Notes: generated by a model from the sequence alone, not told the origin. A stretch of 64,000 nucleotides of DNA from Octopus sinensis (GCF_006345805.1 NC_043006.1:75392001-75456000), one strand, 5' to 3'; positions 37,518 to 50,959 are shown, numbered from the stretch's first letter. A program made the numbers and translations.

Positions 37518-37962
37518 ATAATTAAGGGCTAAAGAAGGTTAATTCTAAAGCCAATACACTGATTTATCCACTTATAATCCACTTGTTACAGGAAAATTGA
37601 ACTGAAAGCGGGCAACTAACCTTTAGAAAATTTAAATTTCGTTGTTCTGAGACTGACCAAAGAATTTTTATTTTTAGATATAAATGATGTACTTAAATGT
37701 AGTTGTGTTTTAGGCTTCTGCTTTTTCCATGATCACATGTGAGTATTTTATTTATATCCCCTCGAAAGCTCTACCGAAGAAGAATGTATCCTTTATAGGG
37801 ATTAATTCCGAAATTGATTCAATATAGAGATAACGAAATTTGAATTTTCTAAAGGTTAGTTGCCCGCTTTCAGTTCAATTTTCCTGTAACAAGTGGATTA
37901 TAAGTGGATAAATCAGTGTATTGGCTTTAGAATTAACCTTCTTTAGCCCTTAATTATAAAAT
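37513..37962. mobile_element. near-perfect 131-bp inverted repeat enclosing a hammerhead fold (family 4)
   Basis: arms 37513-37643 and 37832-37962 differ at one position by my alignment; spacer contains a type-I hammerhead topology at 37769-37829 (+). Confidence 0.85.
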
Positions 37963-38104
37963 GTTTATACTTCAACCGTAAAGGTTTTTTTAATATACTG
38001 CCATGCTTTCTGATGGAATCCTTTTCTGTAGAGAAAGGGACTTCATCCTATATTGTTAGTAGTATATATATAATATATATATATTTATATATATATATGA
38101 TATT

Positions 38105-38370
38105 AGGGAGTATAGCTTCAAACTTACAGGGAAAAATTCAATTTAGTATTAAATCAAATTTCACAATATAAATATATAATATATATAAATTAGAGAAAAA
38201 TCACTATTATGCAATTCAAACAATGATAGATGTAAATCATACCATATAGAAAAAAAAAGTATATGATAAAACATTTATCTAAATGTTTTATCATATATTT
38301 CATTTTTACTATATGGTATGATTGATGTCTATCATTGTTTGAATTGCATAATAGTGGTTTTTCTCTAATT
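38105..38370. repeat. foldback element, same family as 10440-10830; ~180-bp palindrome centred at 38278-38279
   Basis: leader aaacttacagggaaaaattcaatttag; arms 38188-38277 and 38280-38370. Confidence 0.85.
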
Positions 38371-39856
38371 GGCTAGCCTGAGGCTATAGCAGAAGACACT
38401 TGCCCAAGATGCCATGCAGCGGGACTGAACCCGGAACCATGTGGTTGGTAAGCATGCTTCTTACCACTTGTGAGATTACATCAAAGTTGTGTAATTCACT
38501 TACTGGGTGCACAAGCCAACAACTCAGTGCCATGTGTAGATTCTCAATTTTTCAGGACTGTTACAACTTGTTTGTACACCTGATGACAATTGCATAATCT
38601 CAGAAAACCATTTTTTCAGTTTATCCTAGAAATTCTATCATATTATGCTATTATTTCCACAACATATATAGGGAGATGTACTTGCATAGCAAGTGACTTG
38701 ATCTGAGATTGTGTGCTGGAACGAAAACAGTTGCAGCGTGGAAGGGCGTTTATAAGCAATTTAAGAAACACACAAAAACCGTTAGATTCACTTCAACATT
38801 TAAATTTAATTTGTCTAAATATTTTTGTCGCTCTGAGACCGCAACCTGTTCACTGACAAAACTTTGTGATGCATATATATATATATATATATAAATTTCT
38901 TTCTTTCACGTCCTTGTATCCAGTTTTACTAACACGATAAATGTGTTACAAATTCAATCTTTTCGATTTAATTCATATTTCCGGAATATCATATTTCTTT
39001 GTCGTAACCTTTTTGTTTTTCATTAAATGGGTTGCATGTATTTGTGTTTATTTTTTCTTTATTTCTTTTTATATTTTCTTTAATTTTATATTTTCTTTAT
39101 TTAATTTCTTTATCTAATTTCTGTGTTTAATTTTTTTATTTAATTTGTTTGTTTCATGCTAATAACTACAACAACACTTAAAAAGTGAAATAGTGACAAA
39201 GAAAACCATTTTTTTGTTTTTTTTATTAATTTCACATCAATTATTGCGAAAAGAGACTCAAAAACTAAAAAAAAAGCAATATTAGATATTTTTCAGATCA
39301 GTTTTTTATTTGCTTCTTATAAGTATTCTTTTTTTCTTTATGTTTTTCCTATTATCATTTGTAGCTTCGTTAAATCATTCAAGTTTTCATTTTTGATTTG
39401 CTAACTGTGAATAATTAGTTCCAACTCTTCCTCTAAATGAACAAAATTAGATCAAATGAAAAATATACAAAGGAATAGAAATTATATATCATTGTTTAAT
39501 GTTTTATCATTATTTTAAGCAATGTACTTTCACTTTTGCATTGTGCATGTGTGAATGTGTGTGTGTGTATGTGTGTTTATATGTGTATACACAGATGGAT
39601 ATTAATCTATTTGATACATATATACTGTAAAGCGGCCAACTGGCAGAATTATTAGTACACCAGGCATAAATTCTTAGCAGCATTTTGTCCATCTTTGCAT
39701 CCTTGGTTCAAAATCCGCCAGGGTCAACTTTGCCTTTCATTCTTTCAGGGTTGATAAAATTAGTACCATTTGAGCACTGAGGTGGATGTAATCAACTTAA
39801 CCCTCACCACTCCCATTAAATTGCTGGCCTTGTGCCAAAATTTGAAACCAATATAT

Positions 39857-40192
39857 AGGCATGGCTGCGTGGTAAGACGTTTACTTCTTAACCACATGGT
39901 TCCAGGTTCAGTCCCACTGCATAGCACCTTAGGCAAGTATCTTTTACTATAGCCTCGGGCTAACCAAAGCCTTGTGAGTGGATTTGGCTGATGGAAACTG
40001 AAGTTCCCACACAATCGCTTGATAACTGATATTCGTGTGTTTACTTCCCCATAACTTAGCGGTTTGGCAAAAGTGATTGATAAAATAAGTACTAGGCTTA
40101 GAAAGAATAAACCCGGGGGTCGATTTGTTCGATTAAATGTGGTGCTCCAGTGTGGCCACTGTCAAATGACTGAAACCAATAAAAGAAGAAAA
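39857..40192 (+). mobile_element. SINE family A copy with internal deletion
   Basis: family A head and tail present, microsatellite core missing. Confidence 0.85.
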
Positions 40193-40421
40193 GAATATAT
40201 ATATTTATATATATACTGTGGTACTTCTTAACCAATTTACCATGCACTGAAAGACTATCAACATGAATGAGTGTATCCTATGGAGCTAAAGATATATTTG
40301 ATAAGATATGTAGAGATCTGTTCCAAAGGTTTATAAACTCATCTGCAAACACACAATGCATATTTCTTATAATTTTCTATATACAACTATGTATGCCCTC
40401 TGTGTCTCTGTCTCTCATACA

Positions 40422-40463
<42 letters not shown>

Positions 40464-41930
40464 TGTATGCACATACCATGTTCAATTGAAAACAAGTAAG
40501 GATTGATGTCAAGAAAATCATCTGGTTGCATCGTACTGCCTCAAAAAATCTAACCCATGCCAGCATGGAAAAAACAGATGTAAAAGTGGTGGTGATGACT
40601 GATATTTTCAAAGGTACTAGGATTCTAGAGAATTCTAGAAATTTGATGACATAATCCATAACAATTTATGAATATACAGACACAAGCAAGGCTGTGTAAT
40701 TGAGAAATCTGTTTTAAAACTCAGTGATTACTGATTTCTGGTTCAGTTCCACTGCACAGCACCTTGGGCAAGTATTTTTTTCTACACTAGGCACAAGGCC
40801 CAAAATTTTGGGGGAGGGGGCTAGTCGATTAGATCTACCCCAGTATGCAACTGGTACTTAATTTATCAATTCTGAAAGAATGAAAGGCAAAGCTGTTTCA
40901 GGCCCAATTCCACTGGAAGGCACTTTTTTATGATAGCCCTGGGTCAAGTAAAGCCTTGTGAGTGGATTTGATTGACAGAAACTGAAAGTAGACTGTCTTA
41001 TGTACATGTGTATATATGCGAGTGTTTAGGGGTCCTTATTGTCGCATTATGTGATGTCCGACCATGGGGAATAATAAAAAAATATTACCTTGCTTGGAAG
41101 AAGGGTTGGTAACAAGAAGGGCATCTAGTCATAGAAATCCTACCTCAATAAGCTTTGGCTTAACCTGGCAAGCATTAAAACGCTGCTACTGCTTCTGCTG
41201 CCGCTGCTGCTGCTGCTGATGGTGATGATGATGATGATGATGATGATGATGTGTATTTATGTAAATTCTGAACAGCTTCAGAAAATGTTTGAATCACTGC
41301 GTTAGCACATCAAAACTGAAGAAGAAAGGAGGATGAAAAAGAAGGTTGAGTAGGTGGAGCGCTAATTGGTTGGAAGTAGACTATTTTGATGTGGATGATC
41401 ATATTTTATTTTCAGTTCAGCTTCTATTGGGAGAGTGTTAAAGAATGGATAAAAGAACATCAGACAGGAGAGAAAAAAAAAAAAAGAGAAAGAAAAGAAA
41501 GAAGGAAAACGAATAGCAAAATTCTCTTAATATCGCAAATGTTTATGAGATGGCCCAAGGCAGCCAGATTGAGTCGAGTAGAAAATTGAATGGGAGAGAG
41601 TGGGAACAGAAATAATAATATCTCTGTCCGCAAATAGTAAAGAAAAATCAATAGGGGTCTGTCTGTGCATGTGTACATACAGATATATATTGTTTTTCTA
41701 TGTACCACTTATGGACTCTTACACACATGTACTCATACATAACTACACTCACTGGGTGTTTAGCCAAGTATATAATCTTTGAAATTGGCTTTTTTCACAT
41801 GTTTGGATTCCTAGACTATGACAAGCTCCAGACTTTATAATTTCTATTGTATTTTATTTATTCATAATTTTTTTTTCAAAATATACTCCACGTAGGTTTT
41901 GAATCTATTGTGCCATTGTTTCTATCTAAA

Positions 41931-42458
41931 TCTCTCTATATATAAACGGCAGTTTGTCTGTCTGTGTCTGTCAGGTTGTACCCTCATGCTGACCACGGCT
42001 TTCAACCGATTCTGATGAAACTAAACACACACATAGCCCAATGTCATAATTCAAAACTAACGCAGCGAAAATTTTGAAAAGTTCCCCCAGTTTTGAAAAA
42101 AATCGATAAATCTGACATGGGGTCGAGAATCTCAGCTTTTTATATGCAACACATTTTCTGTTGTAGTTTTCGCAACTTGCAATCGATTTTCACCAAACTC
42201 ATGGTGAAGCTTAATGTTACCCTAAGAAACTTAATTCTGATGTTAGTTTTCCATGCAATACCTTACCATCAGAAAAAATCGATAAAATCATGCCATTTTG
42301 GGAAATCGTGTTTTCGCCCAAAGGGACAGCTAGGAACATCGTATACACAGAAGACATTGCAACCTACACATGCGCCTTCGTTCCCTAGAGGGAAAAGACT
42401 AGATTGGGATTAGTCGTTGCCTACTAGGGGCTCTTACATACCCGGGCTATGCTGCTAG
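41931..42458 (+). mobile_element. non-autonomous Helitron-like element
   Basis: A|TC 5' end with tctctctatatataaa, gtttgtctgtctg tract, subterminal cccggg, 3' CTAG|T; no TSD. Confidence 0.7.
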
Positions 42459-43038
42459 TTAAATTTAAAATGCACGTCTAAAAATAACAACATCCTTTAT
42501 CATTTTCTAACCCATCTATCTCAGTGCTTTCTCCTTATTCTGTGTGGATTATTTATTTCCTCATTTTTTTGTTTAGTTAACATATAATTAACAGAACTCT
42601 GTACAACGTCCTTGTGAAATATTTTATTTCCTTATCTGAAATCATTTTCAATGCTTTTAATGATATATCTGTTTGCTTAAAATACCTTTTGTCAAGTTGC
42701 TAACTTGCTGGATATATTTGCAGTTATTAACCCCAGTAGTATTATTCTAGAGCGTGACTAAACATGTTTTTAAGTATTTAAGTATGAAACAAGCATTAAA
42801 TAACTTGCTTCTACACTTCAAAGTGTAATGTCCTACACTTTGATCACATGAAAAACATCCATCTCATTATCATAGACAAAATAATGGTTTGGATGGTGTT
42901 ATATGAAGGCATATGGCCTGAGGGTTAGAGCATTCAACTTAGAATCATAAGGTTATTGTTTCAATTTGAAGTCTGAACAATATATTTTGTCCTTGAACAA
43001 AGCTCTTCATATCTTGTTACTCCAGTGTAATTAACTCT

Positions 43039-43668
43039 TATGACTCCTAGCTAGATGCTGGTGCATCCTATGACTCCTAGCTAGATGCTGGTGTATCCTA
43101 TGACTCCTAGCTAGATGCTGGTGCATCCTATGATTCCTAGCTAGATGCTGGTGTATCCTATGACTCCTAGCTAGATGCTGGTGCATCCTATGACTCCTAG
43201 CTAGATGCTGGTGTATCCTATGACTCCTAGCTAGATGCTGGTGTATCCTATGACTCCTAGCAAGATGCTGGTGTATCCTATGACTCCTAGCTAGACCCTG
43301 GTGTATCCTATGACTCCTAGCTAGATGCTGGTGTATCCTATGACTCCTAGCTAGATGCTGGTGCATCCTATGACTCCTAGCTAGATGCTGGTGTATCCTA
43401 TGACTCCTAGCTAGATGCTGGTGTATCCTATGACTCCTAGCTAGATGCTGGTGTATCCTATGACTTCTAGCTAGATGCTGGTGTATCCTATGACTTCTAG
43501 CTAGATGCTGGTGTATCCTATGACTCCTAGCTAGATGCTGGTGTATCCTATGACTCCTAGCTAGATGCTGGTGTATCCTATGACTCCTAGCTAGATGCTG
43601 ATGTATCCTATGACTCATAGCTAGATGCTGGTGCATCATATGACTCCTAGCTAGATGCTGGTGTATCC
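43039..43668. repeat. 30-bp minisatellite (tatgactcctagctagatgctggtgtatcc) x 21
   Basis: highly homogeneous 30-nt periodicity. Confidence 0.95.
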
Positions 43669-45054
43669 ATCTTTCCTTCCAGCTATCACGTCCTGGATGT
43701 TTTTCTGAGTCAAGTGTCAAGGTGCTGTGAGAATGTCTGTGTCAACTCACAACTACACGGAACTTAAAAACAATGGACAAAAACATGGTACATATTACCT
43801 AGTCACACTTGTTCATGAATGACAGCTAGCTGTACTTTATAAAGCACTCTTCAAATGCATATCTTGACTGTTTTCCTGGTTCGATTAAATTCCCAGACAC
43901 TTTGATAATAACCTACTGAATGTAATTCTTATATTTCTATTAAGAAAATATAATTCCTGTTCAGCGAGAAAAATACCAATAAACTTGTTTGTTACAAGTT
44001 CCTTATCCACTTTCTTTTATTCATTATCTTTATTCATTTAAGATCTGTCTTGTATACAGAAAGAACGAATATTGACAATTCATCAATAGGAAAAGATAAG
44101 TGATTTTGTGGTGGAATATTGGGCCAAGTTTGGATCTCGTATGTCATTTGATGATTTACTATAGTGTGATTTCTAATTCGTATCAGTCACCAATAATAAA
44201 CTGTAGTGTTTCTTTCTCTTCATTTAACCCTTTCATGTTTCTGTTGGAGTACACTGTCTTTATTTCAATTAATTTTGAATACAATGAATAATTTACTGAA
44301 GGATTTATCAATTTCTTTAAACTGAGGTTTGGAACATAAATTGATGTGAAAATTTTGCTTCATCATCATCATATCATCATCATCATCATCATCACCATCA
44401 TCGTCATCGCCATTTTCTGTGCTGGCATGGATTGGATGGTTTGACAGAAGCTGGTCAGCTTGAGAGCTGCGCCAAGCTCCAATTTTCTGTTTTGGTATGG
44501 TTTCTATGGTTGGGTGCCCTTCCTAATACCAACCATTTTACTGGGTACACTGGGTGCTTTTTTTTTTTTACGTGACACCAGCATAGATGCTTTTATGTGG
44601 CACTGGTGTGGGTGTTTTTTATGTGGCACTGGGACAATTGGTTTTTACATGGCATTTACATGTAAATCTTTAATTTTGATCACTTTAAAACAAGAAGTTT
44701 GTATCATAGAACCAGGAGCTGTTTTAGGTGAGTTGGTTTTAAAAAAGTTATAAAATTATTTGGCTTCATATCTACATGCATTTAATGGTAAAAAAAGGTA
44801 ACCAGGGAAATCCTGATTTCTTTCTGCAGCAGTATAATATAGTAAGTTACGTCTAGAAAAAAAGGCTATATTTTTATGAAAAAATGTTTGGTGGTTGAAC
44901 TGGTTTGGATTTTTTTCATATGAATTGTGTGATGAAGAGATTTTATGGCTGGGTTTTCATTGTGTTAGGTTTGTGCTAATAATCCTTTTTAATTGAGTTT
45001 AAAACTTTTTTTGATAATCTTGTTATTTGAGTACCATTTTCAGATATATATATG

Positions 45055-45118
<64 letters not shown>

Positions 45119-45717
45119 GGAGAATTCATGAAAAATCAAAGACAAAGACAAGTGGTGTAGAAAACAAACAGATGTATTAGTATAATGCTTGGGAATTGAA
45201 AAAGTCTTTAATGTTTCAAGCCTACGCTCTTCCACAGAAAGGAACACAGAAAGAAACAAGGAGAGAGAAGAAAGGATAGAAAAAAAAAATGTGTAGTGGC
45301 TATTGATCTATCATGGCAAATGATGTGTATATATATATATATACATGTATTGTAGTTTTAATTAAGTATTAATAGATAAGCTTTTTTGTAAATTGGTACA
45401 GTTGGGAGAATTGTTTTTCAAGTCTACTGCAAGTTACCTAAAAACTTGTAGTATGTCACAGTTGACACTCTTGTTGTAGGTTCATATCACTGTGAGATAC
45501 CATGCAGACTCATTTGTGTGAATGTATTCACCATTCAAATACACTTGTATAGGTATATGTCAAATACTCAGTTGTGTAAAAGTGTATCTCTGCTGATTTG
45601 TATGGATGCACAACTAACTTCAGAAAATACTCTGTTCCTTTCTGTATTCGATGACATTTCTCTGTTTTCTGCATATTTTTTATGTAAAAAATCGAAACAT
45701 TTTTACTTGTAACATTT

Positions 45718-45943
45718 ACCCTTTCGTTACTGTATATATTTTGAGATGCTCTGTATTTCTTTCAATTACATTAAATATAACAAAGAGTTTAGTAAAATAA
45801 CTTAGTTATCATTATGCTAGTGTTAGGAACATAAATTATGACTAAGATTTGGTGGAAGATTTTAAGTCAAAACTTATGAAAACAAGACATTTGTACTCAG
45901 AGCCAAAGCTGGTTTCAGCCGGGTTGGTAACAAATGGGTTAAT
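45718..45943. mobile_element. second piggyBac-like MITE family
   Basis: ccctttcgttac...gtaacaaatggg-ttaa termini; related fragments near 1215-1440, 21249-21960 and 44225-44360. Confidence 0.6.
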
Positions 45944-46828
45944 CTTGTTGATTAGGCTTCTTATGATATGAATTTATTGACAAGTAAAAAATATATTTTA
46001 CCATCCTGTAAATATGATAGAATAAAACTATCTTACTATTTATTCAGTTTTAACTTTTTTAGTTAAATTTATATTTTTTACAATTTGGACTTGCTCATAG
46101 CCTTCATTTCCAGTGTATTTAGTTGTGTGCTAATCCAGATGTATATTGAAAGCCGTGATTTTTTAATAACATATCTTTCTAGAATTGATAAAGGAAGAAA
46201 CACGTTCATACATACTTATAGAAATAAATGAATATAAACAAAAGGAATTTAGGGCTTACAGATGAGGAGCAACCCTTAAGTCAGTTTCAAAGCATGCCAC
46301 AACCACGACTACCTTTCACCATTTATTACTGATGCTGGAACCTCCGACTCCCCAAACTATAACCACTCTCTGTCTGTCTGCCTGCCTATCTCTCACTTTC
46401 TCTCTTTCCTTCCTGTCATCTCTCTCTTCTGTTCTCTCTTTCCTCTTCTCTCTCTTTCCTCTTCTCTCTCTCTTCTTCTCTCTCTCCTCTCTCTCTCTCT
46501 CCTGATTGCTCACTCTCTTGGTTGAGAGAGATAAATCACGGAAATTCTTCAGTGCAACATAATGCAATCCTTCCGCTAGTTCCATATGTCCATACCATAC
46601 ATTAAAAGTGCTTTGCAGTGCAAAGGGACAGCTCTAAAATTCTACCTTAAAAAGTTCCTTGGCGTTTTTTTCCTATACTAACATCCCATCAGTTAGTTTG
46701 CATGTCAACTGTATGAATTGATCTTTATCATTGTTAATTTTAAGACAAAAAAACTATGAAACAACTGCTGATTCAGTAGTTATGCCTGTGAACTGTTTTC
46801 GCTTACGACTTCCTTCTCTATATTTCAG

Positions 46829-46837
46829 ATTTGATTG
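46829..46837 (+). CDS. SLC12A2: candidate 9-nt frame-preserving microexon ATTTGATTG, (D)LI
   Basis: gcttacgacttccttctctatatttcag acceptor with branch-like cttac, consensus G|gtaagt donor; phase 1-1 matches the upstream exon. Confidence 0.6.
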
Positions 46838-47115
46838 GTAAGTATGAATTAACTTCCAACTGTTGTCAAGCTGTTGTATTTCATCTTTCACTCTTTAACT
46901 TAATGCGCATCCTTGGTTAGCTGCCGTAAAGAAAAGACAAAAAAAAGCTAAAGCTAAAAAGACAAACAAAACCAAAAGAATGGATTCTTTCTGTCACTGG
47001 TGATTGTATAGATAGTATTTGGTGTTAGTTGGTACAAGTAGGTACTGTATAAATGACTTTCTTTTCAGGTGTGTGTATGTGAATATCAGCATATGTGTAT
47101 GCATGTATATCTATG

Positions 47116-47165
<50 letters not shown>

Positions 47166-47695
47166 GATGTATGCAAAGCATGGGGGTTTAGTTCACAAGT
47201 GATCCAAATGATGCGGTATGCTAGGTAAGTGCTGTAACGGATAACTGGGGCTCCAAGGTTATAGATGAGATGGGGAGCCATTGCAGTTTTTGATGCAGAG
47301 GATATATAATTATTAAGGAGGACAACAAACATTAAGGCAAGGCAAACATCTCAAGTCGTATACAATATTATTATTGGAGCCTAAAGCCAGCTGGAGGAGA
47401 TGTTCTCCTGGGGCTACAAGCTACAGTAATACCCACCCTTATTGGTTAGCTATATTGAGATGGCAAATATACCTCACATTGTTGTGCAGTTACTGTTTAT
47501 ACCTCGTTCAGAGATTTATTATTGCTTGAATAATAATATTAATAATAATAATAATATTAATAATAATAATAATAATAATAATATAATAACAACAATAATA
47601 ATAATATTGTGTATAACTTGAAATGTTTGCCTGGCCTTAATGTTTGTGTCCTCTTTAATAATTAATATATGTATGTGTGTATGTATATGTGTGTG

Positions 47696-47739
<44 letters not shown>

Positions 47740-48005
47740 GTGTGTGTGTGTGTATATATATATATAATATACACACACATGTACACACATTTATATACAC
47801 ACTACAAGTTTGGTGATATGAGCAAGGAAAATAAAACTGAAAAATATGAGTATATATTTTATCGATATTTAGAAGTGACAGAGTGACTCAAGCGCTGAAA
47901 GTTTTGTGTGTTAGCAGCAGCACTTATCAAACAGACAAGTGCCAACACATGACACTCTTGGCCCTTAGGCCACTCTGTTGCTTCTGCTAAATATTGATAA
48001 ATATA

Positions 48006-48066
<61 letters not shown>

Positions 48067-50414
48067 TAGTGGTGGTGGGTGAGAATACTTTACTTCTTTT
48101 TAAAATGTATACTTTTATTGTTTTTTTTATATATATTTCACTGATAGGGATATCTGTATCAGCATCCAGTTATCTTTCTAATCATACTGTTATAATGATT
48201 TTACTATTAATTATTATTATTATTATTATTATTATTTTTTAAAAAAATATTGTTACACCAAAGCTGGCCAGCTGGCAGAATCTTTGGCTCACTGTACAAA
48301 ATGCTTGGCAGCATTTAATCTGTCTTTTGCGCTTTAGTTCAAGCGGTCAACTTTGCTTGCCCTGCTTTTGGGGTTGACAAAAGAAGGACACTGGGATGAA
48401 CATAATCAATTTACCCCTTTCTCTTAAAATTGCTAGCCTCAAGCCAAAATTGGAAAGACTTATTACTATTATGCATATTCTTTGATTAGGGAGCTGGCAG
48501 CATTTCATCTGTCTTTACGTTCTAAGTTCAAATTCTGCCGAGGTTGACTTTGCCGTTCATGCTTTCGAGGTTGATAAAGTAAGTACCAGTCGAGCACTGG
48601 GGGTTGATGTAATCGACTATGCCCCTCCCCTAAAATTCCAGACTTTGTGAGTATAGTTGAAAAGATTATTGTACAGGGTGCATCAGAAAGTTTGCCCCAA
48701 TTTCAAGAGTTAATAAAAATCAAACACATCATCACCATCATCATCATCATCATCGTTTAACGTCCGCTTTCCATGCTAGCATGGGTTGGACGATTTGACT
48801 GAGGTCTGGCGAACCAGATGGCTGCACCAGGCTCCAATCTGATCTGGCAGAGTTTCTACAGCTGGATGCCCTTCCTAATGCCAACCACTCCGAGAGTGGG
48901 TGCTTTTACGTGCCACGAGCATGAGGGCCAGTCAGGCGGCACTGGCAACGATGAGTTGGCAGAAACGTTAGCACGCCAGGCGAAATGCTTAGCGGTATTT
49001 CGTCTGCATTACGTTGTGAGTTCAAATTCCGCCGAGGTCGACTTTGCCTTTCATCCTTTTGGGGTTGATGAATTAAGTACCAGTTACGAACTGGGGTCGA
49101 TGTAATCGACTTAATACCTATGTCTGTCCTTGTTTGTTCCCTCTGTGTTTAGCCCCTTGTGGGTAATAAAGAAATAGGTACTGGCAACGGCCACGCTCAA
49201 ATGGTACTTTTTATGTGCCACATGCACAGGAGCCAGTCCAGCAGCACTGGCAATGACCTTGCTCGAATGTTTTTTCACGTGCTACCAGCACCATTAGGGC
49301 GATGCAGGTAACATCATCTTCACCATCATCATCGTTTAACATTTGTTTTCCATGCTAGTATGGGTTGGACGGTTCGACCGGGGTCTGGGAAGCCAGAAGG
49401 CTGCACCAAGCTCCTGTTTGATCTGGCAGCGTTTCTACAGCTGGATGCTCTTCCTAATGCCAACCACTCTGTGAGTGTAGTGGGTGCTTTTTACGTGCCA
49501 CCGGCACAGGTGCCAGGCGAGGCTGTCAACAGCCATGATTGGTTGGTGCTTTTTATGTGCCACGTAAGCCAGTCAAGGCGGCACTGGCATCGGCCATGTA
49601 TGGATATAGCTTTTTATGTGCCACCGGCACAGGGATCACAACTACAATTTCCATTGATTTTTGATGTTGATGTACTTGACTCAATAGGTCTCTTCAAGCA
49701 CAGGGTCCGAAATGGTGTTTCTTTACACACACAAAAAAAAAAAACACAAACTCTCCAACAACAAATGCATAATGCTTTCCACTCCAGGCCTTGGTGGGTA
49801 CCACCTGAAGCAAAACAAAAAAAAAAGGCATTTAATGAACTTCATAGAAATACAAAGCTTTTTCATGCATCTTCATGTGTTTGTTTTTTATTAACCTTTG
49901 AAATGAGGGCCACCTTTCTGCCACACCCTATACCTATTCTTCCATTGTACTTACTTCAATTTTATTTCGTTTCATTACTGACAATGATGATACACATACG
50001 TACATACATATATACATACATTTATTTATTTTAGTTTATATCTGTAGTATGGTGTTTGATTGTATGTCTAGAAGAGTAGATATAGATGTGTCGTATGTTA
50101 GAGCTTATTAAGCCATGTAACACTGGCGCTTGCAATATTTAGTTGATTTCAAACTAGGTAGGAAACTGAAGATTACTTGTTCATTTGTTTGATCATTTGT
50201 TTAAAGTCTGTTGGACAGGAAATTGATCTCTGAGGCAGGATTTTTACAGCCGGATGCTCTTCCTGCTCCCAGCCCTCACCTAGTTTTATCAGGTAAGGGA
50301 TTTTTATATTCCAACAGGTCTTTGAAAGCACAAAGCAACTGGTCATGATGTCAACATGGGATGCCAGCATCAACACAACAGTTGTATGCAGTAGCAAACA
50401 CACACACACATATA

Positions 50415-50578
50415 TATGCAAACATATAATAAATATGTGTATATTATATAATATATATATATATATATATATATGGTGTGTTATGTATATGCATGTGTTG
50501 TTTATGTATGTGTTAATTTACATATACTTATATATACATGTGTGTGTGTATATACATATGTATATACATATGTATATA

Positions 50579-50613
<35 letters not shown>

Positions 50614-50959
50614 TATAATATATATATATATTACACACCATATATATATACATATATGCATATATAGATAAAACTTACTTGGAAAAGGATGCGTGGCATT
50701 CGATCATATAATAATATAAATAATATATATGTATATATGCATATATTATATATTATTATATTATTATATGCATATATATATATATTATATATATATATTA
50801 TATTATATATATATAGTTGTATATATATATATGTATGTATATTATATATGTATGTATATATATATATGTTGTATATATAATATGTATGTATATATATATA
50901 TGTATGTATATATATTATAGTATTGTATATATTATATGTATGTATATATATAATGTATG

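Noticed and set aside
38820-38860. GTTGC/GCGAC hairpin followed by AAAA on the - strand
   Set aside because: The upstream sequence does not match a hammerhead core
27850-43668. CRISPR-like appearance of the 24-bp and 30-bp arrays
   Set aside because: These are contiguous tandem units with no unique spacers, no cas genes and a eukaryotic intron context
33325-44105. Other AG...GT candidates (33341, 34832, 44061)
   Set aside because: They have weak donors, in-frame stops, or a phase incompatible with the phase-1 intron
48060-48085. ag-TGGTGGTGG-gtgaga as a 9-nt microexon
   Set aside because: The acceptor is a (TA)n tract with no pyrimidine tract or branch point
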